From a virus (taxonomy: Duplodnaviria > Caudoviricetes): 64,000 bases of DNA. The stretch covers positions 3,958-67,957 of IMG/VR virus record IMGVR_UViG_3300027813_000012. One strand, 5' to 3'. The position numbers and the translations under genes are program-made. Shown here piece by piece: positions 47,344 to 57,650 of the stretch (position 1 is its first letter; every line of letters begins with the position of its first letter). The notes under the pieces were generated by a model, which worked only from the letters and a program-made list of their open reading frames with translations, had not been told where the DNA came from and did not search any database.

Positions 47344-50300
47344 ATGGAAGAACTTTATAGACAACTATACGGTAAATATAGTCCAGGTCTAAGTGAAGAA
47401 GAGTTGAACACTAAAATTCAATTTGCTTCTGACCAAGATCCAGAGGAATGGGTCAATGCTTTTTATCAGAAGTACACAGGCTCAGGTCCGAGCGAAGAAC
47501 AATCAAACTACATATCGAATTACGTGTCTGAGAATAAATCATCTACTGATTTAGTTCAACTGCCTAGCGAAGCTGAACCTAGTTGGATGCAAAAATTATT
47601 TGGTCAATCTGACCTTAGAGACGACCAAGCTACTGTAGGTGAATTTGAAGGCGAATCGTTTGATCTGTTAATAGATCCTAGTAAATATACTAAAAAAGAT
47701 TTAGAAGCTTATGTTAAACTCAGAGATGAGTATAACAAGGTGGGTCCTAGTAAAGACATGGAATTGTATAGTAAAAATTATGAGGAAAACTTAAAACAAT
47801 ACGGGGAGGAACCCTCAAATCTTCAAGAGATGTGGGCTGGTTTAAAGGCTGTTGGCAGTACTGTTTCACTTAAAAATCCATTTGGAGCTATAGATGATAT
47901 AGCAGTTGATTCATTTTTAAGACCAGTAAGAGTAATGTATGGTTCTGAGCAAGTTGAAAAAGTTATTGGAGGTGCTACTGTCGCGGCGGGTGCATCTAAA
48001 AAAGGTAACTTTAAAGGGAGAGTTCTTCGAGGTTTAGGTGGTGGTTGGGCCGTCGCTCAAGGCTCTGGTGATTCAGCTTTACAATTACATACTTTGATAG
48101 CAGAAGAGTTAGGTGATGATTACACCGCAGAACAATTAGAATCTTTGTTAGGTGATGAAGAGGCATTTATGAAAATGAGAAGATCTGCTGCAATTAAAGG
48201 TGGAACAACAGCTTTGGTAGATTTTGCATTTATGAAACTAAGCATGGGCGCTGGTAAAGGTATTAACAGGTCTTTAGCAAGAGCAAAAGTACCTGGGTTT
48301 GTAAGAAAACCAGCTGCTGTTATAGGTGCTATGCAAGTAGAAGGTGTTGGTGGAGCTACCGCTGAAGGCGCTGGTCAAGTTTTTACTAACCTAAGTGAGC
48401 AAGAAAGAAAAACAGGTGAAATGGATCTTGGCAAGGCAATTAAAGATGTTGATGGTGGTGAGCTAGTTATGGAATATTTTGCGGAACAATTATTTGGTGG
48501 AGCAACTGGTGTAGCTGGTGTAATGAAAGGTGTTGGCAAGTATAATATAAATGGTAAAGATCATAACGAATCTGATTTTAGAGCTATAGTGGATGGTATG
48601 ACTGATGAGGATATAGCTAAAATATCTTTTGATGTTAAGAATGATGATGGTACCGCTGATCTATTAGAACAAAGAAGAAAAGATGGTTTTATAAAAAACA
48701 ACTTAGATACTAGGGTTACTGAAGAGGGTGATAGAACAAAACTTTTTGAATTAGAAAAAGAATTACAAGAGTTAGAATCAAAGGGATCTGTAACACAATC
48801 TCAAAAAAATGAAATAAGTAATAAAAAATCTGAAATAAAAGATATAACTAACACTTATTTTGAAAAAAATAAAGGTTTAGAAGAGAATAAACAAACCACA
48901 AACCAACAAGTATTAAAAAAAGCAGTTGGATCAGACATAGCTGAGGCTATGGGCGGTAAACAGGAGGTGCTTCAATATGATGAAGTTGTAGAAAGATATG
49001 GAGAAAAAGCTGGTAGGCAAGCTGGTTTTATAGATCCTAAAACTGGTAAAGTTATTGTTAATAAAACCGTAGCAATTGACGCTAAAGGTAATCTTAATGT
49101 TGCTGGTCATGAATTTATACATCAAGCATTAAACGCTAGGTTAAATGGAAAAGACAAACAAGCTAGTCAAGCTGCGCAGAAAGCTATAGAAAGCTTTAAG
49201 CAAAAAATGGCTAAAGACAACGCGGATATTCATGCGATGGTTTTAGATAATTTCAAGAAACTAAACTACAAACCTGAAGAAGTCTCTGGGGTAAACGCAG
49301 ATGAATATTTAGCTCAACTATCAGATTTAATGTCTAAAGATAAAAATATAGCTAGAAAAATACAAGGTAAAGGTAGAATAGAATCTTTTATAGATAGTGT
49401 TAAAGATCTTATATCAGATACGTTAGGCATACCAAAAGCAGAGCTTAACTTTGAAACGGCAGATGACGTTACAAACTTCATGATAGCTCATAACAAAGCT
49501 TTTAGTAACAAAAAAGCAGACACAAGATTTAGAAAGTTTACTAGTGAACAACTAGCCTCAACAGGTAAAAGAAAATTTAGTAAAGTAAATTTAGACCAAG
49601 GTGATGGTACTTTAGAGAACAAGATAAACGCGTTAACATTAGGTGCAAAAACAAAAGTTGAGTTTCAAGGTCCAAAAGGTGGTTTTGGAACAGTGTATGA
49701 AGCTATAGTGCTTGGTGATCTTGATAGGTTAATAACAAACGTTAATAATACACAGAAAGATTTAATTAGAGAAGAGCTAGGCATAAGGCTTGCTGGTAGG
49801 CCAAAATCAGCAAAGAAAATAGCAGAACTAGAAGCAAAAGGTATGACAGAAGAGGAAATAGCCGCTGGTTATGATCCTGCTAAAGCAACTTTGTATAAGT
49901 GGTTTGGTAGTAACATAGCTCAATCAAAAATGGTTGCTAATAAAGCTTTATTTAAAGACAGTGAAAATAAAGGACCTAGTTTAGACGAAGCTAAGAAGAA
50001 TGCTGAAGGCGATTCATTTGCTACTCAAATAGAAGATACCACAGAGCTGTCACCTGAAGAAATAACAGATTTAAACTTAGCTAAAGAAAGAAAAACAAAA
50101 GCCGCACCTAAAAAAGCTAAAGAAACGTTAAGAAGAAAAATGGGCTTTGAAAGAAACGGTGATGCTCATAATACGATTAAAAATGGTGTAAAGAGAAATG
50201 TATTAAGAAATTTAGTTATCACAAGAAGAGCATTAAAAGAAGATGTAGCTACTGGCAAGTACAAGAAAGGTGATAAAATCACCGAAGCTGTAGATATTAC

Positions 50301-53300
50301 TGATTTAAGATGGCAAAAAGAACTAGGTAGGAACTTAGGTATAGATCTTCAAAATTTAATGATGGAGAGAATGGGTAGATCTGCTAAGGATTACGTTACG
50401 TTTTTAGATCAGTTTATTGAAGAGTCGTTTGCAATGATGGACCAAAACGCGATAAACAATAGGTTTGCCGGTTTAGTCGTTAAAGTTGTTAATAAGCAGA
50501 ATTCAGAAATGTCTGCGCTTGATATGAAGGTTAAAAGTAAAACAGCTGGAAATGCATTGTTTGAAAAAAGAGTAAAAACTAAAGAAGAATTAATAGAGTA
50601 CTTCTTAGTAAGAGGTAGAAAAAATAGTTTAGCACAAGTGTTGGGTAATGAGTTTGCGTATGACGCCACTATGGAAGTATTGTTAGAAAGTGACATGTTG
50701 TCTAAAGCTGAAAACGCATTAGTTAATAAGTCTGGCTTAAAAGGCCAAGCTTTAATAAGTTTGATAGCTAAACAAATAAACAGGGATCCAGGTCTTAAAT
50801 TTAGTAAAGTATTAACTCAATCTGAAAAAGATCAAGTTAGACAAGTAGCTCCATTAATACAAGAATACTTAAAGGGTTTCGCAATAACCAATCAAACTGT
50901 TATAGACGCTTTAACGAAAGCGCTACCTGATTTAAATGAAAAATCAATAAAAGGTTTCGCTAAAGAACTACTTAACCCAGTAAGAAGATATTTAGACACT
51001 GAACTTAAGAAAAAAGGTATAATAACTAAAAATGTAGACTTTGCAACTTTCGCTTTTGAATCTATAAATTTAGCTATAAAATCTGTTGAAGTTAAGATTA
51101 ATAAGCTAACTGGAAACAAAATTCCTTTCACTGATTTGTTTAAAGATGCAAATGAACAAGCTATAACTAGGTCCGCGGTTAAGAATTACTTTAAAGATTC
51201 TATGACTGAGACTAAAATGGTTGATGGAAAAGAAGTTAAAGTACCAATTACAGATCCTGCTAAAAGAGCAAAAATTCTCCACGCATTAATGCGTCATAAA
51301 GCTCACAATACTACTGGTGGTAAAAGATTCCAAGAAAGATACCAATCATTCAGTAGCGCTAAGGATTTTTATGATAACACTTTTGGTTTTATACCAGGTG
51401 TAACAGTCGTTGGCTCTAAGACAGCTGGAGGAATGTCTTACGCTATATATGACGGTGGAGTTAAGGTTAAGTTTCCACCAGCTTTAGCACAGTCAAGCAA
51501 AGAGATGATAAAGGGGAAACCACGTAATATTTCTAGAGCAACTTGGGAGGTTAGATATGAAAAATGGAAAAACGCAGCACAAGAAAATTTTGATGAAGTT
51601 AATAGGTATTTAGCCTACATAGCTAAAACAGAATCTTCAAGTACACAAGCGATGATGTCTATGTCTATGAAACAAGGTATGAAATCAATGTTGAAAGCAG
51701 CCGCTAGAGTTGAGTATTATTTTGAAGGAAACTATAAAGGGGAACTTATGTTTGAGCATATGGTACCTACTGAAAAAGCATTATTTGATTTATTCAGTTT
51801 CCATAAGGGTAATAAAAAATATAGCCTAGAACAGATACAAGAACAATATGTTGTTGCTATCATCCCAAAAACAATGGATAATAACATGAATGTTATTTTT
51901 AGACAAGATAGGTTAGCTTCTTTTGACTACGCTAAGGATAACGCTAGTTTGTTGTACTACAACCCTGCTACTTTTGGTTTTACAAATATGTATGCCATGA
52001 AGTCGCTTAGTGGTAAAGGAGAGGTTATGGGTAAACAATGGTCTGGTTTTAAGGGAAGTATAAATAGTCTAGCTAACAGAAAAGCACTAAACACACTCGC
52101 TAAAATAAACGATATAAGAAACATGTACTCTAGGCTTAAACCACCGGTTGAAAAAGGCATGAGTGTATTTGATTTTGACGATACTCTAGCTCAATCAAAT
52201 AGTAAGGTTTTAGTCACTGCTCCTGATGGTTCAACTAAAAAGATAAACGCAACTGAGTTTGCTTTAGAATCAGCTGATCTTGAAGCTGCTGGAGCAACGT
52301 TCGACTTTTCGCAGTTCAACAAAGTTATAGATGGTAAAAAAGGACCATTTTTTAATTTAGCTGAACAGATACAGGGTAAATTTGGTAATAAAAATATATT
52401 TATACTAACAGCAAGACCACAAGAAGCTGCATATTCAATACATGCTTTTCTGAAAGGTTTAGGGTTAGATATACCTATAGACAATATAACTGGCTTAGAA
52501 GATGGTAAAGCATCAGCTAAAGCTGATTGGGTTATAGATAAAGTGGCAGATGGTTATAATAACATATTGTTTGCTGATGATGCTATAAAAAATGTAAAAG
52601 CTGTAAAAGAGGTATTAGAAATTGCTGATGTTAAAAGTGACGTTAGGCAAGCTAAAATGAAGTTTAGTAAAACGCTGGATGAGAATTTCAATAATATACT
52701 AGAGAAAAAATCTGGTATTAATAAAAATGAAGAATTTAGTAAGGCATCTGGTAAAGCAGCTGGTATAGGTAAAGGTAAGTATAAGTTTTGGATGCCACCT
52801 TCTGCTGAAGATTTTTTAGGTTTAATGTACAATATATTACCAGCTGGTAAAGCAGGTGAAATATCTTTAAAATTCTTAAACCAAGCACTAATAGACCCTT
52901 ACTGGGCAGGTGTGAAATCGCTTAATGCTGCCAAGCAAGCTTTAGGAAATGATTTTTCTGCTTTAAAGAAAAGGTTTCCAAAAGCATTTAAATCATTATT
53001 AAAAGATGTTGGTCACAAGCAGTATTCAAATGAACAAGCTATAAGAGTTTATTTATGGAACAAAGCTGGATTTAAAGTACCAGGTATGTCTCAGGTGGAC
53101 GTAGACACTTTATCTGGTATAGTTAGAAATAACAATAATATGAGAGGTTTTGCTGATATTGTTGGTGCAACAACTAATTTAAAAGAAGGTTATGTAAAAC
53201 CTAACGACGATTGGGTTGCTGGTACTATAGCTTATGATTACTTCACTATAGCTCAAAAAACAAATAGAAAAAAATTCCTCGCTGGTTGGGTAGATGCTAA

Positions 53301-54717
53301 AAATGAAATATTTTCTGAGAAGAATCTTAACAAAATAGAAGCCATATACGGTGAAGATTACAGAAGTGCTTTAGAAGATATAATCTGGAGAATGGAAAAC
53401 GGTACAAACAGAACCACCGGTAAAAACAAAATGGTTAATGCTTGGATGAACTGGGTTAACAACTCTGTTGGAGCTATTATGTTCTTTAACAGTAGGTCAG
53501 CCGTTCTACAAACAATATCTATGATTAACTTTATAAACTGGAGTGATAACAATCCACTAAAAGCGGGTATGGCTTTTGCTAATCAAAAGCAATTCTGGTC
53601 TGATTTTAGTATGATATTTAATTCAGACATGTTAAAACAAAGAAGATCTGGATTACAAAGTGATGTTAATGAGGCTGAAATAGCTCAGGCTGTTGCTGGT
53701 AAAACAGATAAGGCTTCTGCTGCTATATCTTATTTATTGAAAAAAGGTTTCTTACCCACACAGATGGCGGATAGTTTCGCTATATCAATGGGTGGAGCTA
53801 GTTTCTTTAGAAATAGATTCAACACATATAAGAGCCAAGGCATGACAGATATGCAAGCTAAAGAAAAAGCTTTTACTGATTTTGCAAAAACATCTGAAGA
53901 ATCTCAACAATCTGCTGACCCTGCTTTAATATCACAACAACAGGCTGGACCGCTTGGTAGACTGATACTTGCGTTTCAAAACACACCGATGCAGTATGCT
54001 AGGTTAATTAAAAAAGCGGTATTAGACATTAAATATGGTCGAGGAGATGTAAAGACTAATATATCCAAAATTCTATATTACGGTGTGATACAGAATATAA
54101 TATTTTCCACGTTACAATCTGGTTTATTTGCTTTAGCGTTTGATGATGAAGAAGATGAAAAGTTAACTCAGAAATTAGAAGATAAAAAGCTAAGAGCTTT
54201 AAACACATCGCTTGATAGTTTACTTAGAGGTGGTGGTGTTTACGGAGCTGCGATATCTACTATTAAAAACATGATACTACAGTTTAATAAACAAAATGAC
54301 AAAGGTTACCGAGCAGATCACGCGTATACCATGATAGAGGCTATAAACTTATCTCCGCCAATAGGTAGTAAGGCAAGAAAAATATACTCAGCTACACAAA
54401 CTTATAAATTCAACAAGAAGATAATACCTGGAATGGGTATGAGCATAAATAACCCAGCTTACTTATTATTTGGTAATTTAGTATCAGCTGCAACAAACAT
54501 ACCTTTAGACAGAGCTATAATGAAGTTAAACAACTTAAGAGCCGCTACTGATTCGCAGAACCAAGCTTGGCAAAGAGTTGCTACGTTCTTAGGTTGGAAT
54601 ACTTGGGATGTTGGGGTTAAGAACACCGCTGTTGAAGAAGCTAAAGCTAAAGGTAAAAGTAAAAGTAAATCAAAAAGTAACAAGGATATACAAAGACTAT
54701 TAAACAAAAGAAAATAA
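47344..54717 (+). CDS. Large (2457 aa) ejection/polyvalent protein with HExxH and HAD domains
   Basis: GHEFIHQAL near 49105; VFDFDDTL..ILTARP..FADDAIKNV at about 52160-52600; helical C-terminus. Confidence 0.75.
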   Translation: MEELYRQLYGKYSPGLSEEELNTKIQFASDQDPEEWVNAFYQKYTGSGPSEEQSNYISNYVSENKSSTDLVQLPSEAEPSWMQKLFGQSDLRDDQATVGEFEGESFDLLIDPSKYTKKDLEAYVKLRDEYNKVGPSKDMELYSKNYEENLKQYGEEPSNLQEMWAGLKAVGSTVSLKNPFGAIDDIAVDSFLRPVRVMYGSEQVEKVIGGATVAAGASKKGNFKGRVLRGLGGGWAVAQGSGDSALQLHTLIAEELGDDYTAEQLESLLGDEEAFMKMRRSAAIKGGTTALVDFAFMKLSMGAGKGINRSLARAKVPGFVRKPAAVIGAMQVEGVGGATAEGAGQVFTNLSEQERKTGEMDLGKAIKDVDGGELVMEYFAEQLFGGATGVAGVMKGVGKYNINGKDHNESDFRAIVDGMTDEDIAKISFDVKNDDGTADLLEQRRKDGFIKNNLDTRVTEEGDRTKLFELEKELQELESKGSVTQSQKNEISNKKSEIKDITNTYFEKNKGLEENKQTTNQQVLKKAVGSDIAEAMGGKQEVLQYDEVVERYGEKAGRQAGFIDPKTGKVIVNKTVAIDAKGNLNVAGHEFIHQALNARLNGKDKQASQAAQKAIESFKQKMAKDNADIHAMVLDNFKKLNYKPEEVSGVNADEYLAQLSDLMSKDKNIARKIQGKGRIESFIDSVKDLISDTLGIPKAELNFETADDVTNFMIAHNKAFSNKKADTRFRKFTSEQLASTGKRKFSKVNLDQGDGTLENKINALTLGAKTKVEFQGPKGGFGTVYEAIVLGDLDRLITNVNNTQKDLIREELGIRLAGRPKSAKKIAELEAKGMTEEEIAAGYDPAKATLYKWFGSNIAQSKMVANKALFKDSENKGPSLDEAKKNAEGDSFATQIEDTTELSPEEITDLNLAKERKTKAAPKKAKETLRRKMGFERNGDAHNTIKNGVKRNVLRNLVITRRALKEDVATGKYKKGDKITEAVDITDLRWQKELGRNLGIDLQNLMMERMGRSAKDYVTFLDQFIEESFAMMDQNAINNRFAGLVVKVVNKQNSEMSALDMKVKSKTAGNALFEKRVKTKEELIEYFLVRGRKNSLAQVLGNEFAYDATMEVLLESDMLSKAENALVNKSGLKGQALISLIAKQINRDPGLKFSKVLTQSEKDQVRQVAPLIQEYLKGFAITNQTVIDALTKALPDLNEKSIKGFAKELLNPVRRYLDTELKKKGIITKNVDFATFAFESINLAIKSVEVKINKLTGNKIPFTDLFKDANEQAITRSAVKNYFKDSMTETKMVDGKEVKVPITDPAKRAKILHALMRHKAHNTTGGKRFQERYQSFSSAKDFYDNTFGFIPGVTVVGSKTAGGMSYAIYDGGVKVKFPPALAQSSKEMIKGKPRNISRATWEVRYEKWKNAAQENFDEVNRYLAYIAKTESSSTQAMMSMSMKQGMKSMLKAAARVEYYFEGNYKGELMFEHMVPTEKALFDLFSFHKGNKKYSLEQIQEQYVVAIIPKTMDNNMNVIFRQDRLASFDYAKDNASLLYYNPATFGFTNMYAMKSLSGKGEVMGKQWSGFKGSINSLANRKALNTLAKINDIRNMYSRLKPPVEKGMSVFDFDDTLAQSNSKVLVTAPDGSTKKINATEFALESADLEAAGATFDFSQFNKVIDGKKGPFFNLAEQIQGKFGNKNIFILTARPQEAAYSIHAFLKGLGLDIPIDNITGLEDGKASAKADWVIDKVADGYNNILFADDAIKNVKAVKEVLEIADVKSDVRQAKMKFSKTLDENFNNILEKKSGINKNEEFSKASGKAAGIGKGKYKFWMPPSAEDFLGLMYNILPAGKAGEISLKFLNQALIDPYWAGVKSLNAAKQALGNDFSALKKRFPKAFKSLLKDVGHKQYSNEQAIRVYLWNKAGFKVPGMSQVDVDTLSGIVRNNNNMRGFADIVGATTNLKEGYVKPNDDWVAGTIAYDYFTIAQKTNRKKFLAGWVDAKNEIFSEKNLNKIEAIYGEDYRSALEDIIWRMENGTNRTTGKNKMVNAWMNWVNNSVGAIMFFNSRSAVLQTISMINFINWSDNNPLKAGMAFANQKQFWSDFSMIFNSDMLKQRRSGLQSDVNEAEIAQAVAGKTDKASAAISYLLKKGFLPTQMADSFAISMGGASFFRNRFNTYKSQGMTDMQAKEKAFTDFAKTSEESQQSADPALISQQQAGPLGRLILAFQNTPMQYARLIKKAVLDIKYGRGDVKTNISKILYYGVIQNIIFSTLQSGLFALAFDDEEDEKLTQKLEDKKLRALNTSLDSLLRGGGVYGAAISTIKNMILQFNKQNDKGYRADHAYTMIEAINLSPPIGSKARKIYSATQTYKFNKKIIPGMGMSINNPAYLLFGNLVSAATNIPLDRAIMKLNNLRAATDSQNQAWQRVATFLGWNTWDVGVKNTAVEEAKAKGKSKSKSKSNKDIQRLLNKRK

Positions 54718-54718
54718 T

Positions 54719-55897
54719 ATGAAACAACTACTAGTTATTGTAGCTTTACTACTATCAACAAACCTAAGTGCGCAATTATTTAAAAACTTGTACAAAGACT
54801 TTTTAAAGAATGGTACTTTTTACGCAGCTGGAGATATAAGTAACTCTGTTGAAGCTACTGAAGAAACCTTCTTTATTAGAACTAATCCAGATGGAAGTTT
54901 GTACTCTATACCAGAAGTGGTTGACATGACACCCGAATATCCGTTTGATTTTAGATATGGAATTGGTATTAGAAAATTAGCTAGATTTGATTATGAATTA
55001 AAACCTAAGAACTTCTATGATGGGACAGAGAATCAATTAGCCTTCTCCGCTCCAACATCGGCTTTTAAAGGTTTAGAATATCAGATCCATTTTGAGAAAG
55101 AGAGATATATGGGTGAGGATTTTAAAAATCACCATTTCTTTTTAAAACACACGGGCAAGTATCATATAGCGAAAATAACTAGCAGAGAGGTTGGAAAGAT
55201 AAACCTAAATTATAACTCAGCTGAACTAAGAGCAAGATTACCCATAGGTAATAAATTCTCTATATCTGCAGGGGCTATTGCTAGGGGACACGAAAGAGCA
55301 TATGGCTACAACCCAATTGAGATCTGGTTAAATGAAACCAACGCGGAAGGCCAAGCTGTTAACCCTTGGTATAGTTTGGGGTACACTAACGGGTACACTG
55401 ACCACTATACCGAATATACAGATTATAATACAGGCGCTGTGAGTTATGATTGGATATGGAAAGATTCTGATGGAGCTATAGTAGCTCACACTGATCTTGA
55501 GTTTAGAGAGCTTTGTATGCCTCATATGATGAACGAATATAATAGAGAACAGTGGGGACTTCTTGATCCTTGGATTGAAATTGCACCAATAATAGGCTTT
55601 GATTTTTATCATTATAAAAATAACTTTTGGTTACATACTTACGCTAACTATATACTTCCAAAACATAAGTATCTTGCTGGGGATGAGAACTTCTCTTACT
55701 TAAATAGAAATAATTGGGGTAAGGGTGGTTTAATGCAAGATTCAAAACTAGAACAATGGGATGATTATTCAGCTGGATTAAATTTTGGTTGGAAGTTATC
55801 AAGTCACGTAGGGTTGTTCGTTGAAGGCGAGTATTCTAAGATGTGGGACAGTAAATTATTTCAGACTACTTTTGGTCTAAACTATACCTTTAAATAA
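54719..55897 (+). CDS. Secreted, probable outer-membrane beta-barrel protein
   Basis: Signal peptide ..NLSA|Q; aromatic-rich strands; C-terminal FGLNYTFK. Confidence 0.6.
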   Translation: MKQLLVIVALLLSTNLSAQLFKNLYKDFLKNGTFYAAGDISNSVEATEETFFIRTNPDGSLYSIPEVVDMTPEYPFDFRYGIGIRKLARFDYELKPKNFYDGTENQLAFSAPTSAFKGLEYQIHFEKERYMGEDFKNHHFFLKHTGKYHIAKITSREVGKINLNYNSAELRARLPIGNKFSISAGAIARGHERAYGYNPIEIWLNETNAEGQAVNPWYSLGYTNGYTDHYTEYTDYNTGAVSYDWIWKDSDGAIVAHTDLEFRELCMPHMMNEYNREQWGLLDPWIEIAPIIGFDFYHYKNNFWLHTYANYILPKHKYLAGDENFSYLNRNNWGKGGLMQDSKLEQWDDYSAGLNFGWKLSSHVGLFVEGEYSKMWDSKLFQTTFGLNYTFK

Positions 55898-55900
55898 AAC

Positions 55901-56221
55901 ATGGCAAAACAAATTAGCGGAGCAAACAAGATCGGAATTGACGTAGATGGCGATGGAATACCCGATGTATCTCTTTCATTAAAAACAATTGGCGCTATAG
56001 CGTTTGGCATAATTAGTATGGCTGGAATGTGGTTTACACTAAAAGCAGACATAGAATTGGCTAAAGAATTACCAACACCAACTATAGAGAGAATTGAGTA
56101 CGACCTTAAAGATGAGTTAATACGACAAACTATTATGGACACCCAAGAGGATGTCGATAATATATTAAACAAGCTTGATAAACTTGAAGAAAGATTATAT
56201 GAAATAACTAAAGATCTATAA
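55901..56221 (+). CDS. Membrane-anchored coiled-coil protein (spanin- or holin-like)
   Basis: One TM segment (IGAIAFGIISMAGMWF) then heptads. Confidence 0.45.
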   Translation: MAKQISGANKIGIDVDGDGIPDVSLSLKTIGAIAFGIISMAGMWFTLKADIELAKELPTPTIERIEYDLKDELIRQTIMDTQEDVDNILNKLDKLEERLYEITKDL

Positions 56222-56228
56222 AAAAACA

Positions 56229-56651
56229 ATGAAAACAATCAAATTTATTTTAATACTATTGATAAGCTTAAGCGCCACCGCTCAGATGGCTCAACCACCG
56301 GCAAACTTATGGATAACAGATGCTGATTTTGAGGATAAGATCAATGAAAGACAAGCTTTTGGTGATGACAATCACAAACCTGTTTTAATTGAGTTTTGGG
56401 CAGAGTTTAATAAAGACAACTGTTTCGAGGATTGGGACAAGGTTGAAGATGTTATATTTTATAGAGTAAACATAGCTTTAGCACCAAATACAAAGAAGAA
56501 ATATAGAGTTAGAATGCCACCTACTTTAATTATATTTAAAGATGGCTTAAAAACAAAAACCTGGAAAGCTGGTTTAGACTTACTAATACCAGTTGATTTA
56601 AAAAAAGTACAAGAAGCTATTGATGAAATTAATACAGCTTCTAAGTTCTGA
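56229..56651 (+). CDS. Secreted thioredoxin-fold protein lacking CxxC
   Basis: Signal ..SATA|Q; VLIEFWAEFN, PTLIIFKDG. Confidence 0.65.
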   Translation: MKTIKFILILLISLSATAQMAQPPANLWITDADFEDKINERQAFGDDNHKPVLIEFWAEFNKDNCFEDWDKVEDVIFYRVNIALAPNTKKKYRVRMPPTLIIFKDGLKTKTWKAGLDLLIPVDLKKVQEAIDEINTASKF

Positions 56652-56962
56652 GAATAATACTATTTATACTTGCTGTAATAACCGCGATCAATGCAAGTGC
56701 GCAGATAACACCGGATAAACAACTACATTATGCCGCTGGTGTAATTAGTGGTGCAGTTGGTTATGAATTGATATATAAAATAACAAAAGACAAAAAGAAA
56801 GCTAGATGGGGAGGGTTTGCAACGAGCATACTTGCCGGTACTTTGAAAGAAGTTATCGATTCCCAGCAATACGGTAATAGGTTTGATCCCGACGACTTAT
56901 TAGCAACCACTTTAGGTGGTATAACGATTGGGATAACAATTAAATTATTTGACAAAAGATGA
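56648..56962 (+). CDS. Membrane protein (YfiM/DUF2279-like), probable CTG start
   Basis: In-frame (M)RIILFILAVITAINASA|QITPDKQLHYAAG..GTLKEVID..DLLATTLGG. Confidence 0.6.
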   Translation: MRIILFILAVITAINASAQITPDKQLHYAAGVISGAVGYELIYKITKDKKKARWGGFATSILAGTLKEVIDSQQYGNRFDPDDLLATTLGGITIGITIKLFDKR

Positions 56963-57171
56963 AAAAAATATCAGAAATGTTTTGGGATTGGGTTATGAGT
57001 AAAACTACAGTAGACGAGAAAGCTGTAGCAACTTATAAAGAGATTAAAAAAAGATACAATCTAACGACTGCAGAACTTAAAGACATAAGTAAAGCTATCA
57101 AAGAGGTTGGTAATCAAATAGGGGACGTCGGAGGTGCTTTAAAAGGCAACGCGCGTAAAGGCAGGAAGTAA
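56959..57171 (+). CDS. Hypothetical protein
   Basis: ORF track; ATGA coupling. Confidence 0.55.
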   Translation: MKKISEMFWDWVMSKTTVDEKAVATYKEIKKRYNLTTAELKDISKAIKEVGNQIGDVGGALKGNARKGRK

Positions 57172-57172
57172 T

Positions 57173-57637
57173 ATGAAACTTTCAAAACACGTTAGTATTA
57201 AAGAAGGAGTGTATAGCATAACGGCGAAACGGCTGGGACTTGACAACTACCCTACTAGCGATCACATTATTAACATGGAGTTAATTTGTGAAAAAATCTT
57301 CGAACCACTAAGAAAAGCGGTTGGGGGTCCAATAAAAATAAACTCTTTTTATAGAGGCGAAAAACTTAACAAAGCTATCGGTGGGAGTAAAAGTTCTCAA
57401 CACTGTTCAGGCCAAGCTATGGATATTGATGATACATATTCCTACATGACCAACGCTGAAATGCATAGTTATATACGTAAGAACTTGTCTTTTGATCAAT
57501 TGATATGGGAGTTTGGAACTGATGATAACCCTAATTGGGTTCATGTTAGTTATGTGAGTGAAGAGGCTAACAGAAAAAGATGTCTGAAAGCTTATAGAAG
57601 CCCTGGGTCTAGATCGACTAGATACATGATAATGTAA
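57173..57637 (+). CDS. Endolysin, peptidase M15 family
   Basis: INSFYR..IGGSKSSQH..GQAMD, DQLIWE, WVHVS. Confidence 0.9.
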   Translation: MKLSKHVSIKEGVYSITAKRLGLDNYPTSDHIINMELICEKIFEPLRKAVGGPIKINSFYRGEKLNKAIGGSKSSQHCSGQAMDIDDTYSYMTNAEMHSYIRKNLSFDQLIWEFGTDDNPNWVHVSYVSEEANRKRCLKAYRSPGSRSTRYMIM

Positions 57638-57650
57638 TAAAATATAATAA

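Noticed and set aside
39102-54717. Virion RNA polymerase, introns/inteins or a DGR in the large genes
   Set aside because: No DxDGD/DFDID polymerase motif, intein ends, reverse transcriptase or TR/VR pair were recognised by eye
55928-55966. IGIDVDGDG as a HAD motif
   Set aside because: No other HAD motifs in a 106-aa membrane protein; at most a DxDGDG loop
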